NCBI GenBank assembly: GCA_964016885.1
Contig: OZ024742.1
Span: forward strand, 280,798,001-280,862,000
DNA from: Eledone cirrhosa
Lineage: Eukaryota
Reading direction: 5' to 3'
DNA length: 64,000 nucleotides
The translations under genes were made by a program, and so were the position numbers. The notes below the pieces were generated by a model. The model was not told where the DNA came from. It made no database searches and was given only the letters and a program-made list of their open reading frames with translations. This document shows, in pieces, positions 28,662 to 42,429 of the stretch; the stretch's first letter is position 1; every line of letters begins with the position of its first letter.

Positions 28662-29005
28662 CAAGTATCTCAAAGTGCGCCCCACCACACCCCTCTCCGG
28701 GGTCGTTGAAAAGGACCAGGGGGAAGCTTGGGGTATATGGGGGCGCTGGGATAGCGGTAGAGATGATATAATAGCATAGTAAATAACAGATGATATATAA
28801 TATATATAAATATAGTAGAATAAAAAATATATAATATTCATTTATACTTAGTATATATATTATTTATTATATATAAATTAACGATTTTATTATATATTAT
28901 TTACAATTTGCATGTAGACAGGTCTCTAGAAATGGGGTTGTGCGGTGCTAAGTTCATTTCTTGGCCGTGAAGGTGGCGGTGGCCCAAAACGATTAAGAAG
29001 CTCTG
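28662..29005. mobile_element. Non-autonomous hAT (Charlie-like) element
   Basis: Perfect 8 bp TSD CTATACAC; decayed CAG..TCTCAAA TIRs; homologous to 56345-56677. Confidence 0.85.
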
Positions 29006-29089
29006 CTATACACCGTATATGTTATTGGATCTTACGGCTGGTTCTACTATGAGCAATGAGATGTTCGATCACCAGATGACCGACTCATT

Positions 29090-29570
29090 CAATTTACATA
29101 TATGTGACTGAATATTCAACAGTCATCTGAATCTTTAACGTAATTACTGAACCAAATAACTGTGAAACAGCCTGATATTTCTAGACCATAGAATAATACA
29201 TGCAATCTATCTTGTTTTATTCTCTATGTGACTATTAACGTATTTTCCAAGTTCAATTAGTGTGATGCAATATAAGATCTAACTAGAGCTTTGAATTTTA
29301 GGAACAATCTATTTTGCATTATAGAAAATTAGTTGAGTATTCCACTGACACGTGTATTACTAACGCATTTCTCAAGCCGAATCAACGTGACGCAATGTCT
29401 GGCAAGGCTAGATCATTGAATACTATTTATAATCACTCTTCTATTATAGCGAAATAGACGCAGTATTCTATAGACACGTGAACTCATACGGAAATTCCCG
29501 ATAATTCCCAATCGGAATCAGCAACAAAAAATATCTGATAAGGCTAGACATTCTGATTACAAATTCAGGA
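29090..29570 (+). repeat. Degenerate ~120 bp tandem repeat
   Basis: Recurring AGTATTC..(A/T)GACACGTG...CTG..AAGGCTAGA units at about 29105, 29335 and 29460. Confidence 0.6.
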
Positions 29571-29703
29571 TTAATAGACACTTGTGTAATATGGGATCAG
29601 ACTGTGAACATATATATTCATAAAGACAGACAGACAGATACATACACACACATACACACACGCGCACATACAGACCGCCCACCACCATACACATATATAT
29701 ATG

Positions 29704-29735
<32 letters not shown>

Positions 29736-31074
29736 AATATATATGTATATCTGTGTGTGTATGTGTGCTTATGTGTGTACGTGTGTGTATGTGGGTGTTT
29801 GTGTATGCGTGAGTGTGTGTGTTTGTGTATGTGTGTTTTTCTGTGTATGTATGTATGTTTGTGTACGGGTGTGTATTTGTGTACGTGTGTGTTTGTGTAG
29901 TTGTAATTGTATATGTCCGTTTGCGTACGAATTTGTTATATTCATTTCAATTTACATATCGCAAGATAAATATAGGATATATATTTGCAAAACCCGATGG
30001 TCGTATATTTAATTGGTTCTCTATGGAAATGGGGTTTATCTAAAGATCTAAAGCATGTTTTGGTTTTTGATACAGTAATGAAAACATTGTTTGAAAATGG
30101 TACCATTAACATTTTATGATAAGTTAACTGCATACTGCAACAACTACACGAAGTACTTCAAAGACACGAAGGCATTGAACTTAAATATATCCTACATTGG
30201 TGTACGATAGTTTAGAGTGTACAATGACCATGGTCTTCGCAGAACAGATATATAACCCTAAATAAGCATTTCCATATTTATCTGATGTCTGTAACAAATT
30301 TTCATTTATCTTAATTAAGAAAATATAGTTATGAAACAGGCAGATTTTAGAATTAATTTTAGAGCATGTAAAAGCAAACCATAACGCACTACACATACAC
30401 ACACACACACACGCGCAGCCCTACCCACACACATATAGACAGAAGCGAGCGCCCGCATACAGATATGCACACAAAATAAAAACGGAGAAACGCCTTCTCT
30501 ATTTTGTCCACCGGGGCCATGAGGTGGCCAGCTCGTGTGTCCCCGTTTACTCATAATAGTGAGACACGGGAAGAGCGGGAGATGTGGCGGCACTGACAGT
30601 GGGAGTTTGATTTTCTTTTTATGTGTGTTCGGATCTTGTTTAAATCTATAAGATTCACGGACACAAAGACATGTACATTGTCAGCTTGTTGATCTAGCAA
30701 TAATATAATTTTTGTGACTGCTGTCGCTGCTTTTGTTGCGTAGCCATTGCTGATCTTCAGTGCTCAAATAGAAATATGATAAAAGAGGTTCCATCTGCCG
30801 CACGACTCGTATGTGGCACAGTCTAACAGAATGTATCAATTCTTATTCTTTGGCTTTCTAAGTAGTGTTTAGTTGTGAAATTTGAGATAGGGTTCGTTGT
30901 TATGCCTAGTAATTGGTTTGCACACGTAGATCATACTATTTTGGATCAATATTAGCGTGTCTTGATGAAATGTTTGTACTTAGCATATAAATATTAGTTC
31001 CTTAGACTCATAACAAACCCAAATCTTCACAACAAAATAATGCTGCATTTCTATAATTCCATCAATAGATATAA

Positions 31075-31230
<156 letters not shown>

Positions 31231-31301
31231 GATAGTTAAACAATTAGAAATATTGGATATTAAGGTAATATATGGATAGATAATCACATAATGATAGATA
31301 G

Positions 31302-31354
<53 letters not shown>

Positions 31355-31454
31355 TTTCGTATCTCCAAAGAAATACAATTTTAGGAAGCCGTAGCTATGC
31401 AAACACCGGGGGGCTAACGCCTTCCGGTGATGTCCAGCAGAAGCAAGGGGGACA

Positions 31455-31498
31455 ACCGTCTATGCATTTCAGGCTGAACTGGCCTTCGTCAGGACGGT
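31455..31498 (-). ncRNA. Type I hammerhead ribozyme (family B)
   Basis: ACCGTC-CTGACGA-AGGC-cagttca-GCCT-GAAA-TGCA-TA-GACGGT; palindromic stem III. Confidence 0.85.
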
Positions 31499-32194
31499 CC
31501 CTCCCATCGCTTGCGTGAGTGTGTGTGTGTGTGTGTGTGTGTAGATTGATTGATTGATTGATAAACAGATACATAGATAGGTAGAAGAAGAGAGAAAAAG
31601 TTATATCAATCGTTTGATAGATAGCTAGATGGGTAGATAAAGGTAGATAGATTGATAGATAGAGAGAGAGAAAGAGAGACAAAAAGACTGATGCATACAT
31701 AGATAATCAAACACACGTACAGACAAATAGACTAATAAATAAATAGATTGATAGATTTCTGTGTATCAGCTCTATGCACACCTAAACATAAACGTAACAA
31801 GTCTATTATTTTATCATTCAATGATGAATTATCGATTATTGGTCTGACAGATCTGATTCTGTAAGCGATGGTGAGAAGAGAAAACATTGCGATGGCAATA
31901 AATGCTTGCAAATGAATTAACATGATAGAATGGTTGGCACTGAGGAATATCAAACAGTACAATGGTTGAACTCTTCAACAGAATATGTCGAGTTAGGAGT
32001 TACATCAGCCACACATGTCGGTTTATAAAGGGTATAGAAAGGAATACGAAAATATAAATATCAAGATAAACATAAACATACAAACAACACATGCATCATA
32101 TATTTACGTGTGTATCTATGGACGTACGTATCCATATATATATATATATATTAAATATATGTATGTATATATATACACACACACACACACACAT

Positions 32195-32256
<62 letters not shown>

Positions 32257-32795
32257 TGAAACGGAAAGAAAGAGAGAAAAACAGTGAAAGGAAAGAGATA
32301 TTCAGCAGCGAAAACATTAACACTTAAATATAAAGGAGACGTGCATACAATTCAGTCGACCATGAGTAGAGATGATGATACCCTTAGGAAGAAGAAGGGG
32401 AAAATTAAAACAAATTAAGAGATATGCTTTAATCTCATCAGAGGCATATCAATAGTTAATCTCAATTGAATATATTCATGTGGCCGGGGTAGAAACACAG
32501 CTAGTGTTATGAGATAATGGTACTTTGAAAGATAATTTATGGCGCCGGAAAAAAATGTAGTATGGCGAAGTATTATGTAATGTGGTGTAATTTGGTGTAG
32601 TATTATGCATTGGAGAGTATGGGAGAGTATGGTTTAATGTGGTGTTGTGTTTGTGTAGTTCGGTGTAGTGTGGTGCAGTATGGCGTTATGTGGTATAGTA
32701 ACAGTTATTGGAGCTTTTTTAGCATTGATGCTAATGTCCATCGGGTTATATATCTAGCGTCGTAACCGCACACACACTCCCATACAAACACTCCT

Positions 32796-32831
<36 letters not shown>

Positions 32832-32912
32832 GTATAAATATATATATATATATACATATATATGTGTGTGTGTGTATTGTTGTATGTATATATATATATA
32901 TTTCTATATATA

Positions 32913-32987
<75 letters not shown>

Positions 32988-33161
32988 ATATAAACCATTA
33001 TTTTATAACTTTTTACCAATAGAGAGAGAAACATTTCTCGCATAGAAACAAGACATTTCAATGAAATTTAGACATCAACTAGTTTAATACGTATGTATGT
33101 GTTTGTGTGAATATGTGTGTGTTGTGTGTGTGTACGTATGTGTGTGTGTGTGTGTGTATAC

Positions 33162-33272
<111 letters not shown>

Positions 33273-33539
33273 TGGGGGTGTGTGTCCGTGTGTGTGCGTG
33301 TGCAGGTATGGTTGTTATTATATGTGTGGATCTGTATGTTTTGTTTTATATATTTTACCATATCTAAACATGCTGAATTTCTGAAATGTTTTCCATATAT
33401 TTACAGTTCCATGTACGTGTCACATTTTTTCAAGATTTGTGTAGATGCAGAGCTCAGAGTCCCAATGAGAATAAGTACAATTCTCCAGGTATAATCAGGA
33501 TTTGTCAAGTACATTACGCATCATAGTTAAATTGTATGG

Positions 33540-34050
33540 TTATGTGATGTTTGAACAGGTTCTTATGTTGTGGATGACATATTCGATGTTTATTTCGAAT
33601 TGTCAGCATCTGTTGTCACAACTAGGTTTTGCCTCAATTTATACATCTTTTGCGCACCAGGTTATTTCGTTGTTATTTCCTGTTCTTGGATTGCAAATGC
33701 CTAGACTTCAAAGTGAGAGCGAATATACCGATTATTGATGTGATATTTCCCTGGATGTGAGATTTTGTTTCTCATGCAGGTAGTATTTCCAGTTAGGCTC
33801 CTTCTTATGATGTTATCTGCCTCATATAGACAATATTGTCTATGGATGGCCGACTACTCTTGATGGCTCCCAAATGTTATTACACGGATATGATGCTACC
33901 TTCAAATTTGGCTGGCATTGATGCCCCTGCCTCCCTGCTTACATTTTAGGTAAATGCGGCCATTGTCACTGCTGATGTGGAAATATCCAATACCAGTTTG
34001 AAGTTTTCGGGTTTTAACTCGGATCTCCTCTAGCGACTCGTCAAGTAGTT
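33540..34050 (-). mobile_element. R4/Dong-like (REL-type) non-LTR remnant
   Basis: KTRKL...YFHISSDNGRIYLKCKQGGRG, HFEV*AFAIQEQEITTK and a decayed CCHC (CDNRC...H....C). Confidence 0.7.
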
Positions 34051-34509
34051 TAAATGCTGCTATCGGGACCCGCTCGGTAATTTTGGCGAAGTGGTTTTTC
34101 TTTGTTGTTTTAAGAAAACTGTTCTCTACTAAAGCCAATCGGCTTGGTGTATGCGTATCCAGACTGAGAGTTTGCTGCTAGAGATTGATAAGATACATCC
34201 AATTGAAAGTCAATTGTTTTACCAGTAGCTGTCAATCAAGTCTCTTGATAGGAGTATAAAATGGGACGAGAAAACTTAGCAGTTAGTTGGTCTCAACATA
34301 GTCAATATTTTGACGATATGAGATGTGCCCTGAATATGGTACATAGCTTCCAATGAATATTCCGCGGAGTAATATAATATGAACAGGAATCAGGTAAAAC
34401 TAGGCAACATTTGTTGAATGTCGAAGAGACATTTATTAAACAATAGGGTCGCTAACACGTGTTTCAATACGGTTATAATTTCGCCTACAAAAGCTGGATT
34501 ATTACTTAA

Positions 34510-34745
34510 TCCAAAATTTCGTGATTTTGAGTACTGTCCTGTGTTTCGTGATGTGTTTTTGAACAAAACACTTCATTTCACGTTACTCCAGTATATTCAG
34601 CTGAAAATGAGTACGAACAATAGCTGGGGGTTCAACCCTGCGATGGATTGGTGTCCTGTCCGGGGGTTTTCTTGTACTCTTAGTCGCTTCACGCCAGGAG
34701 ACCGGTATAAACAGTGGCCTAACGAGCCTTCTGGCTTAAGACAGA
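34510..34745 (+). mobile_element. SINE with V-domain-like core
   Basis: GTGTTTTTGAACAAAACACTTCATTTCACG followed by CCTGCGATGGATTGGTGTCCTGTCCGGGG. Confidence 0.7.
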
Positions 34746-35991
34746 CATTAGATTTAGATTTTATATATCATCAGGGAGATTCGGGAGAAACTGATGCCAA
34801 GTGGATTAGGTTGTGCTTTTAAAGTAAATTATGTACGTACACAAATACATCCTCGATGTATCTATGGTCAACTATACTAGGTCACAACCGAAACCAACTG
34901 TATGAATCTGTTTTCTTGGGGCTCTGTTAAGGGCAGCAGCAACACACACAACCACGTTTTGGTACCCAACAAGAAAAAAAATTTAGACAAACGAAGGAGA
35001 TTGTATTATAGTCATGGTGTTTTACATGTAAATGGAATTCATGGAAACTTATAGATATATAACTCAGAAGTATAGGATGAATGTGGAAAAGGACAACATA
35101 TAATCTAATAAGAAGGTTAAAAAAAAGAAGAGAAAAAAACCTGAAAAGAAACAAAGAAACAGATTTGAATGGAAAGGGGAGAAAAAGAGTCATTGAAATA
35201 ACAGAAAGACAGAAAGTGTTCCTATTGGGTTATTTTGAGATTCACAGTTGTATAAATGTAAATATACTTTAGTTGTAGCTGATGTCAGAACGAGTATCCT
35301 CCACTACCAACCAACTTGCCCTCCGCCTCTGTTCCCGGTCGACAGGATGGAGAAACAATCATTCTACAAAGTGTCATATCTAAGGAAATGACAGCTGAGT
35401 TTCCTATCTATTATCTGTGTGCTACGTATGTATTTAATTTTGTGAATTGTAACAAATACTATATATAATGGTTACTGAATAAATGATAGCGATACAAGAA
35501 CATTGGTTCACTTTCTAACTAAATAATTTCATCCACGAATTCTGTAAGAACAAATTTCTCATAGAAACATAAATCTCTGCGCAAAACTTGCTCCTGAATA
35601 AGAAACCCACATATTCATACTTACACTTTAGTGAGGCGGCATTTAAAGTGAATGGGGTCAACAAATGCTCGGAGAAACTGAGGCACATTGAGTTATCTCT
35701 CAGTTAATAAATTAGCAACTTACCGGATAGTTACCTTAACATGTATAATTGAATATTTTTTCCGGTTCCAATAGTTCACCGAGAACGTCTAAGTAAATGT
35801 GTTAGGAAAAAACATACAAGGCCTGATTAAAGAAAATTATTGTATAATTATACAATATCAATATCTCCGAACATCCCCGCAGACTATGAAGTAACTCAAT
35901 AATGAAACACGTGTAAAAATGTATAATAAATTAATAATTACTTCTCATAACGCCTTCTATGTTTTTCCTAACACATTTACTTTTATACACT

Positions 35992-36236
<245 letters not shown>

Positions 36237-36872
36237 GGTTATATATATATACATGTACATATATATATATATACGGTTATGGCACTAGATATGCAACACC
36301 GTTGACATTGGTATAAATAATTCCAAAGCGAAAATGAACAAACTCGACATTAAAATTCTTTCACTAGAAATTAGCATACACTTTCTGCAAATTATCGCCT
36401 CCCACTAATAACATAATCATATTTTCATTCAACATACAAAATTAATTCCTTCGTTTAAATAGCTCTGTAATGTAAACACCTGCTTTCATACAGACATATA
36501 CACAAAAAAAAACGGCGTATACACAGACTCACATATTCACAGACATATACATACACACACGCGAACAGTGTGGCTATTTAATTACAAATAACTTCAATAT
36601 TAACATACATTCCAACATAAACCCACATCAGCTACGTAATTAAAAATAATTTCATTATTAAACAAACGAGGTCCTGTTAATTATGGCCCTACACAATATA
36701 CGTTGGCTATCTATAACCCAAGCTAGTAAGCTAGAGGAAGTAATAATCAGAAACTTTTGTTTCACAGCCAACTTTCTATGAAGACAATAACACGCACACT
36801 CAAGTTAAGCTTATTGAGTGCGTATTCTGTTAATATCGGAATGTATTAAGTACAAGGTTATTTTGAACAACA

Positions 36873-36944
<72 letters not shown>

Positions 36945-36957
<13 letters not shown>

Positions 36958-37710
36958 GTAAGTATGTATGTATACGTACATACATATATGTATACAGACG
37001 TACAATAGCATGTATATATATACATACAGGCACACATATACGCGTAATTCAGGCTGTTTGTTTGTTTACAAACGAACAAACCGAGCATTATAATAAATGT
37101 TCGGTAAACTGATACGTGCATATATATATGTGTGCCTGTATGTATATATATACATGCTACTGTACGTCTGTATACATATATGTATGTACGTATACATACA
37201 TACTTACATTTAAGTAAGTGCCGTACCAAGAGTGAGAAATGAAATTTCGTTTCATTCTAATCCATATATCGTTTTCGTTGCACCTGGCCGACTGAACTCA
37301 CTCGATATGCAAATTAGGCTGCTCAGCCGTTAATTTTCATAAGGAAAGTATATACTTTCGGACGTTCAACCATCTGGCAGAAAGGTATACGGTGCTGACG
37401 ATAGCTAATAATCTTGAAACTAGTACATCGTTCCTGTGTCAGTGTTGAACAAAAAGGTGACGTGGTTGCCTAAACACTGTACGGCGTAATTCAGGCTGTT
37501 TGTTTGTTTACAAACGAACAAACCGAGCATTATAATAAATGTTCGCTAAACTGATACATGCATATATATATTTGTGCCTGTATGTATATATATACATGCT
37601 ACTGTACGTCTGTATACATATATGTATGTACGTATATATACATACTTACATTTAAGTAATTACCGTTCTAAGAGTGAGAAATGAAATTTCGTTTCATTCT
37701 ATTCCATTTA
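36945..37710 (+). mobile_element. Retrozyme-like non-coding element: ~440 bp monomer in partial tandem with an inverted 5' arm
   Basis: 37042-37265 repeats at about 37484-37707; about 36955-37038 mirrors 37125-37210; one hammerhead lies between the repeats; TA-flanked. Confidence 0.8.
37389..37431 (+). ncRNA. Type I hammerhead (family C), weak stem II
   Basis: ACGGTG-CTGACGA-tagctaataatctt-GAAA-CTAG-TA-CATCGT. Confidence 0.7.
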
Positions 37711-37734
37711 TATATATATATATACAGTATATAT

Positions 37735-38326
37735 AAAATAAAATAAAATAAAATGAATAAGTCAAATGATTAAAATTTGGTTTCGTTTATTACTGCTATA
37801 CATATTTCGGTGACAGCCATCTTTGGCTGTGACCTCTTCAGGCAGTCGGAACTAGTGTGGTAGAGACGAGTACACATGTTGTTGAGGTGTTTAACTTTGT
37901 CAATACTCTGATATGCCCAATTCCTGGTTGGGTTGTTGTTTCATTGAGGAACTGGAATCATATGAATTTAAACAAACGAATTTCAGCGTCAAAGGACATC
38001 TTCTCCTCTCATTGGTCAGTTGTGAGAACATTCCTCAGTCAAAATACTATAGAAATTAATTCTGAGGCAAGGCAATCTGTGGTGGTTTTTCTTGTTATTG
38101 CTAAGTACATCCACCCTCTACTCTTATGTTGGTAGTGGTGTTGATGTTAGAGTCAGCTAAAAAAAATGATAAAGTGGTAGAAGGAATAAGGTAGTAGAGG
38201 TACCAAATAAAATAATCAAATAAAAAGTGTGTGTGTTGTACCCAATCTCAATGTTATAAAAATATGTAAGTTCACTCCTCCCATTGGTCAGTTTTGAGAG
38301 CATTCCCCAGTCAAAAGTCTATAGAA

Positions 38327-38330
<4 letters not shown>
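37735..38330 (-). mobile_element. Truncated 3' end of the PLE family at 51346-53160
   Basis: Collinear similarity to about 51346-51850. Confidence 0.8.
37792..37846 (-). ncRNA. Type I hammerhead (family D)
   Basis: ACTGC-CTGAAGA-GGTCACAGCC-aaagat-GGCTGTCACC-GAAA-TATGTA-TA-GCAGT. Confidence 0.85.
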
Positions 38331-38374
<44 letters not shown>

Positions 38375-38491
38375 TGAGTGTTGTTCAAAATAACCATGCA
38401 CTTAATACACTCAATACATATATATATATAAAATAAAAATGTTATAGTTTGCTTGAAGCATTGTAAATATATATATATATATATATGTATA

Positions 38492-38582
<91 letters not shown>

Positions 38583-38583
38583 T

Positions 38584-38886
38584 TAATGAAGTAATTCCGT
38601 CGGAAAAGTCCAGGAAAAAAGAGTGCTCTATGTAGGTACCAGAGCTTAATAGTTATGTAATAAACCACATAAGGCAAGTATTCCATTCACCAGTGATATC
38701 TTAAAAGCAAAAAAATGTGCTTTCAATCATCAGAATGAACAAATCCTGGTCTATTTATTGATATTGGATTCTAAAAACAAAAATGCAATCTATATGAAAG
38801 TGAGGCTGGAGAAGGAAGAAGGAAAGGAAAAATAAAATAAAAACACACATGAAAACACACACACACACACACACAATTATATACAT

Positions 38887-38957
<71 letters not shown>

Positions 38958-39470
38958 CACTCATATATACAAACACACGTATACACATATATATGTGTAT
39001 ATATATACACACATACACATTCATATACACATACATAACATACATACACACATAAGTATCAACATATCCATACAACCACATACATATATACAACCACACA
39101 CACATATATACACACATATATATAGAAATAGAAATATATATATACATGTATACACATACACATACATAGCCATACACACATACATATACATACATACATA
39201 CATACACACAATCATACCTATATATACACGTACATACATGCACATACATAAATGCATACATATGCATGCACAAAATTAGAAAAATATACACACACCTCTA
39301 CATATTCACACACGCAAATAAATATGAGAACAAATATATATAAATTATCTAAGATTGAGTTTTACACACACATATATATATATATATATATGTGTGTGTG
39401 TTTGTATTTGGTTGTGCGTGTTCGTGATATGTACGTATTTGTATGTGTATAATTGTATGGCTATGTATTT

Positions 39471-39511
<41 letters not shown>

Positions 39512-39956
39512 ATATGTGTATGTATATGTGTGTGTATGTATGTATATGTGTGTGTGTGTGTTTGTGTATCTATTGGGGTATGCGTATGTATGTGTTTATG
39601 TATTTGTATATGTATATTTATGTGTGAGAGTGTGTGTATGTATTTATTTTTACGTATGTATGTGTACGGGCATTTGTGTGTATTGCTTACCACGTGTGTT
39701 TATTCATTTATCTGTTGCCTGTATCGCTGTCAACCTTATAACAGTCTTTATTTTCTTTTATTATTGTTTATATATATTTTTTCTTATATTTATTTGCGTC
39801 TGTGAATATGTAGAGGTGTGTGTATATTTTTCTAATTTTGTGCATGCATATGTATGCATTTATGTATGTGTATGTATGTACGTGTATATATAGGTATGAT
39901 TGTGTGTATGTATGTATGTATATGTATGTGTGTATGGCTATGTTTGTATATGTGTA

Positions 39957-39987
<31 letters not shown>

Positions 39988-40455
39988 TTCTATTTCTATA
40001 TATGTGTGTATATATGTGTGTGTGGTTGTATATATGTATGTAGTATTATGGATATGTTGATACTTATGTGTGTATGTATGTATGTGTATATGTATGTGTA
40101 TGTGTGTATATGTGTGTGTGTATGTATGAGTGTATATATATATATATATGTGTGTGTATGTATATAAGTGTGTGTGTTTGTGTGTTTGCATGTGTGTTTT
40201 TATTTTATTTTTCCTTTCCTTCTTCCTTCTCCAACCTCACTTTCATATAGATTGCATTTTTGACTTTAGAATCCAATATCAATAAATTGACCACGAATTT
40301 TTCATTCTGATGATTGAAAGCAATTTTTTTTGCTTTTAAGAAACCACTGGTAAATGGAATAATTACCTTATGTTGTTTAATACATAACTATTAAGCTCTG
40401 TTACCTACATAGAGCACTCTTTTTTCCTGGACTTTTCCGACGGAATTACTTCATT
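38584..40455. mobile_element. 1.9 kb fold-back (~700 bp arms of cryptic CA/TA-rich sequence) with family A hammerheads near both ends
   Basis: About 38584-39345 mirrors 39767-40455; left hammerhead (38681-38739, minus) has mutated core (GATA, GUG). Confidence 0.88.
40300..40359 (+). ncRNA. Type I hammerhead (family A)
   Basis: TTTCATT-CTGATGA-TTGAAAGC..GCTTTTAA-GAAA-CCACTGG-TA-AATGGAA. Confidence 0.8.
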
Positions 40456-40572
40456 TATACAGCTCCAACCGGGATTGATTGAAGCATAAACTATATTACA
40501 TATACGATTGGCACTTTCCAGCCCGATTAGTTGGGCTCTCTACAGTTTTCAGGAATTTAACCAACATACACC

Positions 40573-41897
40573 ATGGACCTTTATGAATTGGATTATTCAA
40601 TCAAAAATATACCTACTCCTTCCAACACAACGCATACCAAAATGCTTATAGATAAAATCGAACAAGTCGTTAAAAGAATGAGATGGACGGCAATTGTTTA
40701 CGATGGACTATTCAGTGCTGATACTAATGATTGGTTTGACATAAAATCCCGTAAATATCCACCTAGAATTAAAGACATGGCCAATTCGAATTAGACCTTG
40801 TTAATTTAATTAGTGATATCACATTTCGTAAGTACAATAATAACTTTCAAACTAAACTGTCTAACGATATTTCTAATTTTAGAAATTCTACAAACACCTT
40901 TGTTCTTTCTGATAAAACTAAAATCTCTTTGAAGTTAATAGCCCTTTGTATAACCAACTTTTAACTAATTGTATCACCAACAAATAGCAATTAACTAATA
41001 ATAATACCTACAATACCATTAATAAAGAAGCTAAAGAACTAGCTAGTTCTTTAAAAATAGACAACCGGATTGAAAACCTAGCTAAGAGTAAAGTATATAT
41101 TACCCTTAAAGACCATAAATTATACTTTACTAATCGACCTAGTTGTAGACTGATTAACCCGGCTAAATCCGAAGTTGGCCTTGCAAGTAAAAAAATCCTA
41201 AGAAAAATAATTCTACAAATTAAAACTAACACTGACCTATCACAGATTTTTCTTGGTTTAATAATATACAAGGTAAAAATAAGTGTAGATTTACCCAATT
41301 TGATATTGTTGATTTTTACCCCTCTATTACTATTTCCTTATTAACGAATGCCTTAGATTTTGCAAGACCCTTCATTAATATTTCTAAATTAGAAGAAGAC
41401 ATTATCATTCATGCTAGAGAAACTTTACTCTTTACTAATGAAAATATTTGGGTTAAAAAGTCAAAACCTGAAAACTCTTTTGATGTTGCAATGGGTTCAT
41501 ATGACAGTGCGGATGTGTGTGACTTAGTAGGATTATTCCTTCTCCACACCCTCAAAGAGAAATTTCCTTCCCATAATATCGGTTTATACCGTGATGACGG
41601 ATTGGCAGTTTCTCATACCACCAACGGCCATAACCTTGATAGATTCCGTAAAGATTTAATCAATACTTTTGCTAATCTTAATCTTAAAATCACTATAGAT
41701 ACGAACCTTACCAATGCTAACTTTCTTGATATTAATCTTGATCTACTTACCGCCTCTTTTAAACCTTATCATAAACCTAATGAAAATCTTAGGTATATAC
41801 ACAAAGATTCTTGCCATCCCCCTATAGTTTTTTATAATCTTATTCCCAACATTAGCCGTAGGATTTCTACCATATCTTCGTCTTTAGACAAATTTTC
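40573..41897 (+). pseudogene. Hydra-type PLE N-terminus plus RT, broken and 3'-truncated
   Basis: YSIKNIPTPS...KRMRW, ITLKDHK, CRLINPAKSEVG, FDIVDFYPSI, MGSYDSADVCDLVG, GLYRDDGL. Confidence 0.9.
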
Positions 41898-42247
41898 TCA
41901 TCAAATGAATAGTTTAATAATGCTGATCACAATTGATAATGCTGTATGCTGTAAAATTTTCTCTGTTTTCTTTCCCTTGTCTTTTCACCATACTTCGTTT
42001 CCTTTTTCTTTATTCTTTGTTTTTCTGTCCTGTTCCCTTTCCGTCTACTTCCCTTGTTGATTTCCTCTTTTTGAAGATTATGTTCTAATTTAGATTTGCG
42101 TTGATGTTGATACACTTGTTGCTGCTGTCCACAATGCACAAAACAGATTGCGGTGTTCGGATAATCAACCGGATATAACTTGCCAACGCATGCAAACGTA
42201 TCTCCATTCATCTTTCTCATACTCTATCTCTCTCTACCTCTCTCTCC

Positions 42248-42311
<64 letters not shown>

Positions 42312-42429
42312 ATATAAACGTGAGAGTATATACATGTATTTACATATACAAACGGTATATATGTGTATATATGTGTGTACCTCATAACTCGCAGGTGTGA
42401 TTCACGTGATGTGTACGTCGTTCGTACGA

